From assembly GCA_050732875.1 (NCBI GenBank), contig JBOHRQ010000005.1, forward strand, positions 4,173 through 68,172: DNA of 64,000 nucleotides, read 5' to 3'. The position numbers and the translations under genes were made by a program. The first letter of the stretch is position 1. Each line of letters opens with the position of its first letter. Below the pieces are notes generated by a model. It was not told the DNA's origin. It did not search any database and saw only the letters and a list, made by a program, of their open reading frames with translations. Origin of the DNA: Gemmatimonadota bacterium. GTDB lineage: Bacteria > Gemmatimonadota > Gemmatimonadetes > JACCXV01 > JAHWKZ01. Positions 63,778-64,000 of this stretch are shown here, piece by piece.

Positions 63778-64000
63778 TCAATTCGATCCCCCGCCCGCTA
63801 CCGTCAAGACCAATGTGAGGGTCGCGCGCTCATCCGGCGTCAGGCTGCCGACGGACCACACTCCAGTCGCCGCATCGTAGCTCCCCCGGCTGGTGGTCGC
63901 TGACGTCAGCGCGAGCCGGGGCGGGATCCGCTGGGTGAGCTGGACGCCAGTGGCGGTCGCCGGTCCGCCGTTTCTCACCGTGACGACGTAGGCGACATTC
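63778..64000 (-). CDS. C-terminal part of a DUF11 (conserved repeat domain) surface protein; continues beyond the window
   Basis: ...NGGPATATGVQLTQRIPPRLALTSATTSRGSYDAATGVWSVGSLTPDERATLTLVLTV is a typical DUF11 repeat. The frame is open to the window edge. Confidence 0.6.
   Translation of the reverse strand, partial: NVAYVVTVRNGGPATATGVQLTQRIPPRLALTSATTSRGSYDAATGVWSVGSLTPDERATLTLVLTVAGGGSN

Overview
High-GC bacterial chromosomal window, about 60 genes, mostly housekeeping and envelope functions. Taxon cannot be assigned without a search; gene content resembles soil Gemmatimonadota or Acidobacteriota. All calls come from reading the sequence and recalling family motifs. No search or covariance model was run, RNA ends are approximate (a few nt), and many CDS starts are inferred.

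Gene content, left to right:
- sulfatase, CopB-type Cu ATPase, di-haem cytochrome c peroxidase, MBL hydrolase + MarR
- decayed vapBC
- LigD split into three coupled genes (PE, ligase, polymerase), with no ku in the window
- a 23S-5S rRNA operon with no 16S upstream
- relB/dinJ with a frameshifted yafQ
- AlkA-like glycosylase and a CADD-type pABA synthase homologue
- M23 peptidase, patatin, alkaline phosphatase, AI-2E transporter
- an RND efflux cluster (MFP, TolC-like, two permeases) interrupted by an antisense DUF4258/DUF2283 pair
- Pcm, HDAC-like enzyme, MFS/EamA transporters
- a paaA-B-C cluster with a split paaD
- gshB
- three paralogous outer-membrane beta-barrels
- acyl-CoA dehydrogenase

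Strongest signals:
1. The 23S rRNA gene carries three group I introns at E. coli positions 1917, 1923 and 1951. Two are paralogous and separated by a 6-nt micro-exon. The third encodes a single-motif LAGLIDADG homing endonuclease.
2. A 2.9-kb IS1-family element has perfect 22-bp inverted repeats and an 8-bp target duplication. Its transposase is multiply frameshifted, but it carries an intact HigB-HigA-SecB-like toxin-antitoxin-chaperone (TAC) module.
3. At least nine genes have a TANNNT hexamer 7-9 nt upstream of the start codon and no Shine-Dalgarno sequence, which suggests frequent leaderless mRNAs.

No CRISPR array and no tRNA gene were recognised.
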